From contig JASCQW010000043.1 in assembly GCA_030264375.1 (NCBI GenBank), positions 85,883,898 through 85,947,897 of the forward strand: a DNA stretch of 64,000 nucleotides, written 5' to 3'. How positions within the stretch are numbered: the stretch's first letter is position 1; every line of letters begins with the position of its first letter. The notes under the pieces were generated by a model that worked only from the letters and a program-made list of their open reading frames with translations, ran no database searches and was not told where the DNA came from. The position numbers and the translations under genes are program-made. Below are positions 38,960 through 52,629 of the stretch, one piece after another. This stretch comes from Carcharhinus longimanus. Lineage: Eukaryota.

Positions 38960-39170
38960 ATAGGGACAGACACGTTCTCTTCGTGTGTAAGAGTTTTCTC
39001 TGGTTTCTTTCCACAGTCTAAAGATGTGTGGATTAGGTTGCTTGACCATGCTAAATTGACCCTTAGTGTCAGGGGATTATCAGGGTAAATACATGGGGTT
39101 ATTGGGATAGGGTCTGGGTGAGATTGTTGTTGGCACATGGCCTCCTTCTGTACTTTAGGGCTTCTATGTT
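38960..39170 (+). mobile_element. HE1 SINE, truncated
   Basis: V domain and tail motifs. Confidence 0.85.
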
Positions 39171-39749
39171 AATCAGATTATGAGTTGACCTGTGCTGTCC
39201 AATATCTAGATTCATTGGAAACAATCTTAGATTATTCTTCCTTTGCTCTTGTTTTTGAACGGTCCAAACGAGGAAGAAAAACATGCATATACCCTTCCTT
39301 AAGACATGTCAATGTGTTCCAAAACTGGATTAGTTTAGCAACAAAAGATCTAAGAAGACAAGTATGTAGACTCTGTAATCCCGTGCACAGAGTTGTGGCA
39401 ATGCAGTCATACAAGAAAATATTCTGCAGAGCTGAATTTGTCAGATTTGTGGTTCAGTTGATCAGATATTAAAGGAAATCCAGGCCAAATCCTGAGTAAA
39501 CCCTCGAAGCAAACTTTCCACAGCATGCAGGTTCAGCAGTTCTTCATTTCCATCTGTGTCAGCTGATCCTGGAAAACATTTCTCATATCATGTATCTTTG
39601 CTGCATTGCCAGCATAAAATAAGGATCGGTGTCCACAACTGCTATTGACCCCCAGTTAAATATTTTTAAGTTAATTGGGAATTCAATTAACAAAACATGG
39701 AAGAGCCAAGTCACATTGGAAATTTGGCAAAAGAATGTCGGAAATTATT

Positions 39750-39922
39750 TGGGTTAGGTGGATTGGCCAAGCTAAATTGTCCCTTAGTGTCTTAAGACGT
39801 GTAAGTTAGGGGGAATGGTGGGGTTACATGGATAGGGCCTGGGTAAGGCTCTGTCAGAGAGTCGGTGCAGACTCGATGGGCCAAATGGCTCCCTTTTGCA
39901 CTGTAGGAATTCTATGATTTCC
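39750..39922 (+). mobile_element. HE1 SINE 3' half
   Basis: GGGTTAGGTGGATTGGCC ... GGAATTCTATGATT. Confidence 0.88.
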
Positions 39923-40344
39923 ATACTGATCTGCTGTGGCATGTGGGTAAGATATGCCCCAGGTTTGCGCTGAAGTATCGTCAAAAGTACTGTGGAGATT
40001 TGAGTTTATATCATTTTTATGTAAGTCTGGTTAACTCAGTAGATTAATCTTACCTATCTGCCCTTTCAGCATACTCCTCGATCCCTGTAAACCTCCAAGT
40101 AAAAAAGAGAATCATAGAACAGTTATAGCACTGAAGAAGGCCATTCGGCCTATCATGTCTGAACCTGCTCTCTGCTACAGTAATTCAGCTGATGCCACTT
40201 TTTTGCCCTTTTCCCATTATACTGCAATGCTCTGTCTCCTTAATCCTTACTTTTCTTGCTTGAAACTTGCAAATTTTCAACTTAAATTTGATTGAATTGT
40301 CTAACCTAGTTATTTATCCTGAATCAGTTTCACAAATTTGGAAT

Positions 40345-40830
40345 TAACACAGAAAGTGCTGGAAAAGTCTATAGCATCTCTGGAGAAAAAAAATAAGCGT
40401 GAATGGCCTAAATCTTCTGTTCCAATCCACCATGGGATTCATCACAGGCAGGACAATAAATACAGCAGATAAGCCAAAGGTATCTGATGGCAATTTCTGG
40501 TTCTGAGGTGAGCACATCTTTAAAATCCTGCCCAATGTTTTTGCACCAGTATGTCATATTAAATTGAAACATTTTGAGGGATTTTCCATGCAACCCTCTA
40601 CAAAGTTCACGGTGATGGAGATGGGATCTTCTGGTCCTGCAGTTATTAACAGCATTTCCCACTGAACCCACCTCTCACCGCCGGGAAGCCTGTGGTGGGG
40701 GTGTGCTATTAATGGGAAGTTACAGCCATCGACACTGTTTCTTTGTCAACAGATGCTGCTAGACCTGCTGATTTCTTCCAGCAATTTGTGTTTTAACTTC
40801 AGATTTCCAGTGTCTACAGCATTTTGTTTT
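40345..40830. mobile_element. Old inverted Penelope pLTR pair interrupted by MITE(s)
   Basis: ACAGAAAGTGCTGGAAAA at ~40350 and inverse CAGATGCTGC...TTCCAGCAATTTG at ~40750; MITE 40405-40533 with AAT/AAT flanks. Confidence 0.65.
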
Positions 40831-41405
40831 GATCTTGGAAATTTTGTTTGGTCACCTCATAGCCTCTTCTGAGGAAATGTAGCTTAATATTCTGTACCGT
40901 AATAACTTAAAATTCTTGACACCTGAAACCACTTTCATTCTTTAACTCTGATCAAGGTAATGATACACTTCCCATGATGAACTGGACAGGTAACAGACAG
41001 TACTCCAAATTGGGCTGGACTAGAATCAATATCGAACAAAGCAACTTGTTTTACACACTGACTCTCTGATGCTGCACTCTGATGCTGCGTCTCTTCTTCC
41101 CTGATATAAGCAGGGTTGAATAATTTGGCCAGTAGATCTGAAAACATTCTTGGTTCACTCACAATTCTGCAGGACAGCCTTACGATAAGTAAATCTAATG
41201 AAGAGAATTTGAGTGAGAGATTTTTGTCTTTGAGGTTTTCATTATCCTGGGATCCTGTCTCTATCCTGGCAGTGGCTGCCTATTACATTTACAACCTGAA
41301 GAAATAGGAACATGCTGCAGACGAGCCTTCCTCGTGCAGGACTGAAGTATCTCCTGAGGCAGGTGAATGCTGAGATAAGCAGGTTATGAGGCTTGCCTCT
41401 ATCTG

Positions 41406-41682
41406 CTGGGGCATTGGCCTAGTTCTCAATATAGTTGTTAGCCACCCTAGCCCTCACACCTTATTCACCCTCCATCCACTCCCTATGACTTCTATATATT
41501 CCTATGCATTCTCTATACACCTCATGCCTCCTCCATGCCCTCTCCAAACGTACTCTTTCAGTATTAATTAGTTGCAAAACAAATGCATCCTATGATAACT
41601 TTAGGAAGTCTTAAAAATGTTCATGAAACTACCAAAACTAGCAAAAAGACATTCAAAATCCCTTTGAAAAATTTACCCCTAT
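41406..41682 (+). repeat. Left arm of a ~275 bp inverted duplication
   Basis: Reverse complement of 43566-43836, high identity by eye. Confidence 0.9.
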
Positions 41683-42849
41683 TAAAAGCTTATGAAACTG
41701 TCAAACATGGCAATCCATATTCACATTGAAAAAACAAGCTTTCATCCACTTAATACATTTTAGCCTTACCCAAATAAACAAACAGGTATTGAAAATAGCA
41801 CCTCAAAGGAAGATAAGTTATGACAAGTTCACAGAACTGTCAAACAAAACTAATCAGTGACTTGACACTTTTTGCTAATGGAGACTTTTCTCATCGCCAT
41901 AAGTAAGCACTGGGTTTATGAAGTCAACAGAACTGACTATTAGATGGATGTACATGAGACACAACAACAAAGTATGAGTACTGTGTACCAACACAATTTG
42001 AATTTCATCTCCAGTGACTAACTATGTACTTCTGTGAGCTGATTAGATACACTGAAATAAAACAAGCTGCCAGAAGACAAGTTATGTCTACAATGAGATT
42101 CACATAAACAGTGACTCAGGTTTCCTCATCCTCTGGTAGAACTATGCAAAGGTGGAGTGAGAAAGGTTTGTGAGGTGATGTAAAAGAGAAACCAAAATAT
42201 AATTTCTAAACAAATAAAAATTAAAAAAGAGCTAAAAGGCAGGGTGGAGCCAAATTAGGTACAATGAAAGGAATCATGTAGAAATAGATTGAGATATAGA
42301 TTGAANNNNNNNNNNNNNNNNNNNNNNNNNNNNNNNNNNNNNNNNNNNNNNNNNNNNNNNNNNNNNNNNNNNNNNNNNNNNNNNNNNNNNNNNNNNNNNN
42401 NNNNNATTTTGCATTGGTCTTTTCAAACAGAGCGTAAAGTTAACCTTGCGGGGGGGTGCTGGGGTGGTGGGGGGTGGTGGGGGGTGCAGGGTTGTGGACA
42501 AGATATTGGATTACATAGAAATATAACACTGAAAGAGGCCACTTGGTCTAATTGGTCCATGCCAGCACAAATGAGCCACTCAACTGGATAAAAATAGATG
42601 GAAAGAAGATGCTACATGGATTGGCATCACTCAGCTAACAAATGGTCCAGATGACATTCATCTTAGCTTGCTCGGCAGATTAAGGTGGAGATAACCCTAG
42701 CTCCAACCTCAATTTTTCAACTGTTCATGAATATTGGTATGCTGCCAGAGGACTGGGGCATGAAAAGAAAGAGTTCAGTTGGTAACCACATGCCATCCTA
42801 ATTCAGAATAGAGAAACTACTAAAGCCCATTGACGCTCATGTCCAGCTC

Positions 42850-43545
42850 AGCTATGTGTAGATTTTCAGAAACAAAACTTGGCATTGTAATAAACAGTGA
42901 ATGAGAATGATAATAGCAGACAGCAGGAGACGTCAAGTGGACAGACAAGTGACAATTTATCAATACGGTAAAGTGATACACATTGGCAGCAACAACATTG
43001 AAAGGCAATATAATCTAAATGGTACTGTTCGCAGAGAGGTTACAAGAACAAGAGGACCTGGATGTATAGCCTCACATTGTTGAACATTGCATGTCAAGTT
43101 GATAAGGTGGTTGAGAAAGTATGTGGGATACTTTTCTTTGTAAGCATTGAATCTAAGTGCAAGAAAGTCATACTAAGGCTTGACAAATCTCTGGCTTAAC
43201 GTCAGCTAGGCATTTTGGAAGAATGTCAGGACCTTCAGAGAACACAGAGGAAGTTTACAGAGATGAAACCAGGGATCGTGGAATTCAGTAATGAGGAGAT
43301 ACTGGAAAAACTGGGATCATTCTCTGCTCTAATAGAAATATTTAAAATGCAGAAAAAGAAATTATTTAATTCGTCAAGTGAGTTAGTAATCAGAGGTCAT
43401 AGATTTAAAATAATTGGCCAAAGAATCAAATGGGAAATTGAAGAACTTTTAAAGGCAAATAGACATTTATTTGCAGAACTAACTTGCCGGGCTATGAGGT
43501 GTGAGGCAAAATTGAGTAGTGCTTTGAAAGAACTGGAATGTGAAT
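42850..43545 (+). mobile_element. Old CR1 LINE fragment
   Basis: KVIHIGSNNIERQYNLNG; LQRTQRKFTEMKPG...RGHRFKIIG. Confidence 0.8.
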
Positions 43546-43565
43546 GAAAAATTTCATTTTTTTTC

Positions 43566-43836
43566 ATAGGGGTAAATTTTTCAAGGGGATTTTGAATATC
43601 TTTTTGCTAGTTTTGGTAGTTTCATGAGCATTTTTAAGACTTCCTAATGTTATCATGCGGTGCATTTGCTTTGTACCTAATGTATACTGAAAGAGTAGGT
43701 TTGGAGTAGGCATGAAGAAGGCATGAGGTGTATGGTGAATGCATAGGAATATATAGGAGTCATGGCGAGTGGATGGAATAAGGTGTGAGGGCTAGGGTGG
43801 CTAACAACTATATTGAAAACTAGGCCAATGCCCCAG
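43566..43836 (-). repeat. Right arm of the inverted duplication
   Basis: Reverse complement of 41406-41682. Confidence 0.9.
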
Positions 43837-44188
43837 ATGAAGCTGAATGAAAAACCTCCTTGTGTGCTGTAAATTTCTGTGTTTAAACTTAATAGAGAAT
43901 AATGTTTGTTACTCTCACACTTGTAATTTTCTGAAGTAATAGGTAACAGATGAAAATAATGCTTAAGGTACAATTACTCAGATAAGTAAGTGGTTTGATT
44001 CCTTTCTGTTCATTTAGCCATATGAAAAATAGTGACATTTTATTATCCTTTTCCGAATTGCAATCAGATCCTTTGCACCAAAGTAAGTAAAAATTCTAAT
44101 GTTGATTACTTATTTTGAGAACACTTGCAAATGACTTAATCCTGCAATGACACATTTTAATAATATTTGAAGCAAGGTAACTAACTAC

Positions 44189-44775
44189 TGTTAGGGTGAA
44201 ATCCAAGTAAATAACACAAAATGGTTACCTGGCACACAAAATGGACTCTGGGAAGATACATTAAGAAGCTCTGACTTTGGGCACAGACATTTATACAAAG
44301 AGTTAAAACCTGTAGAGTTTAAATCACTGCAGGAAACTGGTCAGACCTTGAGACACCTTAAAACTTGAGATAAGAGCAGACCCAGAACAATGAGTTTGAC
44401 AACGAGATCAGCCACTGATAGGGACATAAATGTATATAACAAAACCAGTCATTGATAGAGGATATATCTACATAAATATATCTACTTTATGTACAATGAT
44501 GTGTAACTGTCGATGTCTGTACTTGTCTGCTTATAACGATGTGTTAACTGTTGATGCCCATATCTGTCTACTCGACTTGTAACAATGTGCTAACGGCTAA
44601 TGTCTGTACTGTCTATTATCTAAAAAGTATAAAAGATGCTCAGCTGCCACTGTGTAGTTGAGAAGGTGGCTGCCAGCACTGCGGAGTGCCAGCGCTTCTC
44701 CCAAAGCTTTGTCTGAATAAAACTGTTTTGTTGAACCTTCAAGTCTGACTCCGAAGTGGTGAATTTCCCACAACA
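44189..44775 (+). mobile_element. Intact-looking solo LTR (ERV- or Gypsy-type), 587 bp
   Basis: TGTTAGGG...CCCACAACA termini, perfect 4 bp TSD CTAC, TATAAAA 44628-44634, AATAAA 44716-44721, three ~40 bp U3 repeats 44490-44618. Confidence 0.88.
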
Positions 44776-46064
44776 CTACTTATGCAAATGTTATAAGTGG
44801 ACACATTTTAGGAAGATCAATAGCTGTATCTAGCATGGAATGGGTACACACTGCATTGAGATTTTTGGTGACTTTACTGCGAAAGAGAGCTTGGCATAAC
44901 TTATACTAAAATCATGTATTATGCTACTCTTTTTTCTCTCAAGAAATTACATCCATAAGACAGCCATATGTTAAGGATATGATCAGAAATCATCTGAAGT
45001 GCTTTCCAGGACACTTGGGGCAATGGAAACATGTATATAAAAACATCAGAGCAGGCACATTAATGGAAGGATTGTCCCTATGAGCTCCATCAGGGTCAAA
45101 CATTGATCAGCAGCCTGTATTGTGGGAAGCCGTCGTGCATTGTGATTTTCCCTGGGCTGACTGATTAGTGGCAGAGGGTTGGCTTGTTTCATTAAAGGTG
45201 GTGGGTGGATGGGCTTCCGAAGCAATAGGACCAGTCGGAGTCCTTCAAGCTTGAAAGGACCAGCAGGCTGCAGTTGAAGCTATTTCAAAATGGATGTGCT
45301 GAGACTCCAAACTTTAAAAAGGCCTTTTGCAGCTAGGCTACAACTTTGTGGCTAGGAGGTGTGAGGGCTGGGGCTGGGAGAGATGAGCTTCTGTACGGGT
45401 GGAGGGTGGCCTGTGGCTGTCACTGTACACAGACGGCCAGCCTGGAATTGTGGTCCACCAGGATGCCATCTCCTGTCATCTAAACTACTTGCATAAATCC
45501 TGAGGCCAAATGGAAGATCCTATCGGATTGTCTTAATTTGTCTTAAGTGGCTCTCAATAGTTTAGATCGTCTACTTGTTGCTGGTATTGTCGCCACCCTG
45601 TCCTCACTCTACTTTTGCATAAATGGTCTCTGAGCAGAGATTGTGACATTCTGAGCAGAATGGAGCCAGGGAATCAGTGTGCAGGCTGGTGAACTATCTT
45701 CAGTACCCACCTTCATCACTCCTGGCCCTAAGAATTGAAATGTTTTGTTTTTTGGGGCCTTACAGAAGGATGAAGATGATTGCGACAAGCTTAATTTACA
45801 GCCCTAGTGTTCAAGCCCCTGGACAGAAAAGTAGTTGGAAAGTCAGGGCCTCAACTTCACATTGGGAGCAAGAGTATAAACACGTTCTCGAGGTTGGTTT
45901 GTAAAATATGCTGCGAGATGCAGGTAAGGCCGAAGCCACTTTGCTTTATGAAGACAAATGAGCAGGTCTAAAGCAAGTCTTGGTTTAATTCCGTGATAGG
46001 TTGGCAATTGTTTTAACCTACTTAAGAAGTTGGTGGGACTTATATTTCATTATTTGTTGTGAGG

Positions 46065-46365
46065 CAGGCAACAGGTGACACAGTAGTTAGCACTGCTGCC
46101 CCATAATGCCAGAGAGCTCCCAGCCTGTGTGGAGTTTGCACATTCTCCCTCTGTCTGTATGGGTTTCCTCGGGGTGCTCCGGTTTCCTCCCACAGTCTAA
46201 AGATGTGCAAGTTAGGTTGATTGGCTGTGCTAAATTGGCCCATGTGTCAATATGCTAGCAGGGTGAAAATGTAGAGTTATGGAAATAGGGCCTGGGTGGG
46301 ATTGTGATCGGTGCAGACTTGATGGGCCAAATGGCCTCCTACTGCACTGTTGGGATTCTATGGAT
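46065..46365 (+). mobile_element. HE1 SINE
   Basis: Head, V domain and tail. Confidence 0.9.
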
Positions 46366-47440
46366 TCTTTGTAAAGTTTTAGTGGGTCAGTATAGAAGTC
46401 AGTAAGTGACTACTTCCATTTAAATAGTGGGCAGAGGAATGTCATGTTGTGCTTTTGTATTACAACGTGATAATGGGATTATAAAATGTTACTTCTAGGA
46501 TTTACTTGTATCAAATCTATCCAAATTTCTCCCACTATCATGATGCAAATGACAGATTCTACTGATGTTAAACCAAAGCAAATACTTGTTGGACCACCAA
46601 CACCATGATGCACCCTTAAAGAATTTCATATAGCGTTGGAAATCTTAATCTATTGCAAATTACTCTGGCATCTAACCAACAACAGCACAGAATGTAGCTC
46701 CAACCAGTGTGTAAAATTAAAACTTTTGGAAGGTCAATGATAACATCTCTCGATTTCATTTTTATTTTTGCCACATAAGAGCAAACTATTGATCATCCCT
46801 GCATTCAGCTCAGAAATTAGCATCTTCACCACCATCAGGACTTCTGACACAACTGCAATACTTGCACATCAATCGCACCGTGCATATCACAAGTACAGAG
46901 AGTTGCAAGTTTCATCATGGGATGTTACACAGTGTGAAATCACTTGTGCTATTTATGAGCAAGCCTTACTTCGCAGCTGTTTTAAATTTGTGAAAAGGTA
47001 GAAAGGTTTTAACATTTGGAACGGAGAACGTGAGGGGAAGTAGGAGATGCATAAAAGCTGACAACGAAATGGTTTGCAATCGGAAAGGTGGTGAAAGAAC
47101 ATTTGTTTTAAACAATCTGTTGGTGGTTTAATGCAATCATCACAGGCACCTGCTCATCTGCAGTCATTTAAACTGCTTGAAATGCAAACTAAACCATCAG
47201 CAAGAGTCAAGATTTTTCAATCTAAATGAAGGCATGATTAGCATCTGGTGTAGTGCCAACCAATCAAATCCCTTCACCTTGCTTTTGGTGACAACAGATA
47301 ATCTAGTGACAAGCGACATGTTTAATCTAAAGTGGCATCTTTTGATCAGTGCAAAGGACCAGAAAAATAAGGCAGTTTTGATCAGCTGGTAACAGATATT
47401 GCCTTGACTTGCACTATCTCAAAGAACTGAAGGTTTGCAG

Positions 47441-47787
47441 GGCGGCATGGTAGCACAGTGGTTAGCACTGCTGCTTCACAGCTCCAGGGTCCTGAGTTCG
47501 ATTCCCAGCTTGGGTCACTGTCTGTGTGGAGTTTGCACATTCTCCTCGTGTCTGCATGGGTTTCCTCCAGGTGCTCCAATTCCTCCCACAGTCCAAAAGA
47601 TGTGTGGGTTAGGTTGATTGGTCATGCTAAAATTGCCCCTTAGTGTCCTGAGATGTGTTGGTTAGAGGGATTATTGGGTAAAATATGTAGGGATACGGGG
47701 GTAGGGCCTGGGTGGGATTGTGATCAGTGCAGACTTGATGGGCCGAATGGCCTCTTTCTGTACTGTAGGGTTTCTATAATTTCCATG
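47441..47787 (+). mobile_element. HE1 SINE, full length
   Basis: GGCGGCATGGTAGCACAGTGGTTAGCACTGC ... GTAGGGTTTCTAT. Confidence 0.95.
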
Positions 47788-50360
47788 GTAAATTATCTCC
47801 AAATCTGTAAGACACTTAGGGAAGATGTGTTCAATGACACATCTTATCATCATGTGACTTTGTTTGGCGTGGTCTTGGGTCTCATTAGTTGGGAACTGCT
47901 TGGGTATCTCCAGCTAGGTTTTAAGAGGGTAGCCCTCACTGCTTGGCAGCCAGCTGGCAAGTTGATTCCCAGATGCAAGTGTGGGCTGGCACAGAATAAA
48001 TGCACCACGACAACTTCCCTGGCATCATGTATACAACTGCATAAATAACTTTTACTGGCTGTAGACATTGATGAAGTGGAGGCCCTTACAGTTCAGAAAC
48101 ACTCCTGAGTGATCTTCTGGTGTCTGACTGCCAGATGTGCAGTCTGCGATAGTTGGCAGCCAGCCAGCAAGACAAATCTCAGCACCCATTCAGTCTTAAA
48201 GATATCAATCAGCAGTGGCAAAGCATACACAATTGCCTGTCTTGGCAAACATGGCATTTGGCTTGTTTTTCTATTCTTTTACAGGATGTGAGCCAGCACT
48301 TATTGCCTATCCCTAATTGTCCTTAAGAAAGTGATAGCGAGCCTTTGTAAAGCATTGTGGGCTGCTGATCATGAAATGCTGTAAATATTTCCTACAGATC
48401 CTTAGAAAAAACCTGAGGCAAGAGGTCCAGGGTGATGGTCATTTTATAGTGAGTGGCAAAGAGAAGCAACCAGGTCCAGCAGGCTGCAAATGTTCAAAAA
48501 TGTCGAGGCATGTGTACTTCTGTCTGTACGCCCTATCTTGTGGGTATTACTGCCCACAAGCTGTACCTTTCTATTCATCTTTCTCACTGGTGTTGATCCC
48601 CCTTCTGCTGGTGGTCTTCTTGTGCTGCTGGCGCATAGTTGATGCTGGTCAGCTTGGCCCTCACCTGAGACCCAATGTAAACATGTAGGTGCACCATATA
48701 TGGCAAGTTGAGATCAGTCACACAAACCTACCAAGCCTTGAATGCCACCTCCAAAAGCAATGAAAGTGATGTTTCAAAGTAGTATTAATCACCTGTAAAG
48801 TACTGAATACAAACTCTCAGAAAAGTATGGTGAGCAAAAGCATTTCATCAGGCAAAGAAGCAAGGGCAAGATATCAGTGCTATAGTCAGGCAACCTTTGT
48901 ACTGCAGGATAGAACTGGAGTCAATCTTTACACACCTTTATGGGCTTTTCTTTACAGAGATGCACATTATAAAGATGCATCTCTTAATCCAACCATAATA
49001 GTTTCAGGCTGTTTTTATTTACAGAAGCACAAGTTAATATTTTTCTCCAGTTAATGCCCACAAATAAAATTGAACACAACTAAGATGTAATTAACCCTCA
49101 ATTGCCATTGTGCTCGTTTACTGTCAAATTCTGAGAAGCAGGAGAAACCCATAGTTAGTGAAAACCCCATTTAAAAACATTCTAATTCTTAATCTTCATT
49201 TGCATAATTAACACATNNNNNNNNNNNNNNNNNNNNNNNNNNNNNNNNNNNNNNNNNNNNNNNNNNNNNNNNNNNNNNNNNNNNNNNNNNNNNNNNNNNN
49301 NNNNNNNNNNNNNNNNTTATGGAAATAGGGCCTGGGTGGGATTGTGATCGGTGCAGACTTGATGGGCCAAATGGCCTCTTTCTGCATTGTAGGGATTCTA
49401 TGATTTTAGGTGATGTTTTGTTGAGCAGTACGTTAAATCTTTCTCTGTCTTACTGACTTGACGTGTGTCAATAAAGTGATCTGTGGACTTGCACTCAACC
49501 TTGTCTCATGAATGTGATTCAGTTTGCTTTTTAGAAGATTGGAGACATAGACATGTGCAAAGAGTTATGGTATCCAGTCCCCATAGCAACAGGGATTTAT
49601 TGTTTTACCCTTGGGATAGTGATAGCATTGATATTGGGTAGTGAAAGTCAACTTGTGATTATGAGGGTACCGATGCAGGAGATAACCACGATGCTTGTCA
49701 TTTTTGACTTAACTGAAAATGTTATTCGGAAATACTAATTCTTAATATTAACTTAATCTTAAAATCCAATTCCATCACTAATTTGAACCTGCTGCAGGAT
49801 TTTTGGGTGGTGGGAACTCTAACGTACATTAATTAGCTGCTACGGGACTTCAGCCCCACACGTAGATGCAAATACTGTCTCAGAGAGCTGTAAGCCAAGC
49901 TGTGGTCCCAGCAGTGACAGTGGAAGCAGTGGCCAGGACTGGGACTGTAAGCAACACCCAGATTCTAAGTCCTGCGCTGGAATTCTACTGCCTTGCCTGC
50001 TATGGAATCGGAAAGGGCAAAGGGCGGATATTGGAAATATCCATTGATCTTGGGTGGGAATGTCTGGTCTCACTCAAGTGAGGACCCATTAAGTGCAGCA
50101 TGGTGGGGAGGGGGACTGAGGCTCAGAGAGGTGGCCGTAGACATTGGAATATGAAGTGACCTAGGTTTGACTAATCTATTAGGGAGGGTTGGCAGGATGA
50201 TGCATCTATTCTGTTCAAGGAAGGATTTCTCATTTAATGGCTGGTGACTAAGATTAGACTTGGATTTCTGGAAGCTGCAGCAAAAAAAGGAGTGGAGAGG
50301 TGTAATGTCCCAACTGCATTAGGGGTTGTGGGTTTTGCATGAAAAAGATATTGGGGGGGA

Positions 50361-51596
50361 GGGTGATTCGCTTAAAAAACTTTTAAAAGTTGAATTTGTG
50401 GAAAAACTGATTCACGCTGTTTTTCTCAGCAGGAATTCCAAAATGAATCTCCTACACTCTGTGCACTGCAGAGTGCACTAGCGTGAATCCCATTGAAAAT
50501 CAAAGGTGGGGCCTATACCCGCTGGAGGTACTGGCAGCAGAGCGCTGAGTGGGCCATTGCACATACACCAATCTGTCAGCGCCGAGATGGATGCATACGC
50601 AGGCCAGTTCTGGCCGTGCAATCACTCCCACGGCCTGATCACTGGCCCTCTGGATGTGTCCAGGCCCAGCACTGGGTTCCCCTCCACCGCTCGCCTCCCG
50701 GCCTGCCTTGATCTCCCGCATAACCCTCTCCAGCAGCCCCGTTCTCTCAATTCTCACCTCTCCTTGCAGACCTGCTCACTTCCTGCAGTGATCACCCTCC
50801 ACCCCACCGATTTTCCCCCCCCCGAGAAGAATGCCCCACCCCGTTGGCCAGACCCAAAAGCTGGCTTCTCTCCTTCAGTCACTCAGTCCAATTACAGCGT
50901 GGCAAGCGACCCCCCCACCCCCAAGCCACCAGNNNNNNNNNNNNNNNNNNNNNNNNNNNNNNNNNNNNNNNNNNNNNNNNNNNNNNNNNNNNNNNNNNNN
51001 NNNNNNNNNNNNNNNNNNNNNNNNNNNNNNNNCCCCAAAAAACAAAACACCCCCCCCCCCCCCCCGCCCCCTGGAGGCCCTGCCCTCATTAGGGCCCGCT
51101 CTCACTTGGCCCTGCCTCCTTAGCACTGCCCCATGTTTGGTGGGCAGTGCCAAGAAGATGCCCCCTGGATATTGGCACTTTGTCCTTTGGGGCAATGCCA
51201 GGGGGCAAACCGCCGGCACCTGACCCTCTGTGGAGGGGTCACAATTGCCCTCCTTTCACTCCAGCAGAGTTGGGCTGCCAAATTCCTGTAAATGCGGAGG
51301 TATACTAAAACCTGCTGGAGTGAAATACTTCTTGCTGGAGGGGGCAGGCACAGAGATATCAGTCCCAGAGACATCAGTCCCATGCTCGCTAACAGCATTT
51401 GTATTAAAATGAGCTGCTCAATACATTAGGCAATCCCTCCGCTGATTTCTGGCATGGAGCTGATGGTGCCAGATATCTGGTGCTAGGAAGTGTGCTAAGG
51501 CCATGGCACTCAATGGGGACCCGTGAAACAGCCTCCCCCAGAATCTCCCAGCCCACTGTGCTAAGAAAGCAGCACAGTGGTATGGGAAAACCCCCC
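50361..51596. mobile_element. Non-autonomous TIR DNA element, copy 2 (same family as 821-1691)
   Basis: Shared AAATGAATCTCC..ACACTCTGTGC..CTGCAGAGTGC and ATTTCTGGCATGGAGCTGATGG..GCCAGA..ATCTGG blocks. Confidence 0.8.
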
Positions 51597-51697
51597 TGGG
51601 TTTTGAAAAGATTTCTTTCAGGTGGTGTTGACATAGATAGTCAAAGGAATAGGTGTGGGCCACTTAGCTCCAAGAGTCTGTTCTACCATTCAATGAG

Positions 51698-52045
51698 ATC
51701 ATAGAATCACAGAACCCTACAGCGCAGAAAGAGGCCCTTTGGTCCGTTGAGTCTGCACCGAACACAATCCCACCCAGGCCCTACCCCCATATCCCTATAA
51801 ACTATACCCACTAATCCTTCTACCCTACGCATCCCTGGATATTAAGGGGCAATTTCTTAGCATGGCCAATCAACCTAACCCACACATCTTTGGACTGCGG
51901 GAGGAAACCAGAGTACCCGGAGGAAACGCACGCAAACACAAGGAGAATGTGCAGACTCCACACAGCCAGTGACCCGAGCCAGGAATTGAACCCAGGACCC
52001 TGGAGCTGTGAAACAGCAGTGCTAACCACTGTGCTATTGTGCCAC
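51698..52045 (-). mobile_element. HE1 SINE, full length
   Basis: Tail, V domain and head on minus. Confidence 0.94.
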
Positions 52046-52502
52046 TCCCACTAGCTGGAGGCGGGAACACCTGACTCATTAAAACAGGCATCAGAGCTAC
52101 AGAGGAATCGAGCTGGGTGTCAAACCCATTGCAATTCTACATGCATGCCCTGATGGTCCTGGTTATGTTCTCGACCAGAATTGGCAGGAACCTATAGGAT
52201 ATGTTGAAAATGTAGCTTATATTTTATTACCAGGTGTGAGACTGGATGCTCCAGACCCCTGGTATGTTTCCCTGCCACTAAGATTCTGACAAATGTGGGC
52301 CTGGCACCTTGGAATGATCCCTGCCTTCAACTGTCATTGAGCTCTGATTCTAAATTAGGAGCAGCTAATGAATATTTAATGATGTTAATAGTGGAAAATA
52401 TGCACAATTAGTTCCTCACCGATTCAATGATTGAAATATTTACTGTCCTTAGGTCCAGATATTTTTGTACTGGGACCAGAATATGTGTCCTATTGTACTT
52501 TA

Positions 52503-52629
52503 GGGCAGGATTTTCAGGCTACGCTCACCTCCAGGCTGGAAATTCCCTCCTGAGGTTAATGAACCTTTGCATCTTCTGCCCCTCAGCCCCTACGATCCCT
52601 GTGGTGGGCGGGAAGGGAAAATACTGCCC
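52503..52629. mobile_element. Harbinger-type MITE with TTA TSD
   Basis: GGGCAGGATTTTC / GAAAATACTGCCC, TTA on both sides. Confidence 0.88.

Noticed and set aside
49317-49378. ~62 bp identical to the SINE tail at 46277-46338
   Set aside because: Lies at a gap edge within a high-copy SINE; most likely read or k-mer misplacement
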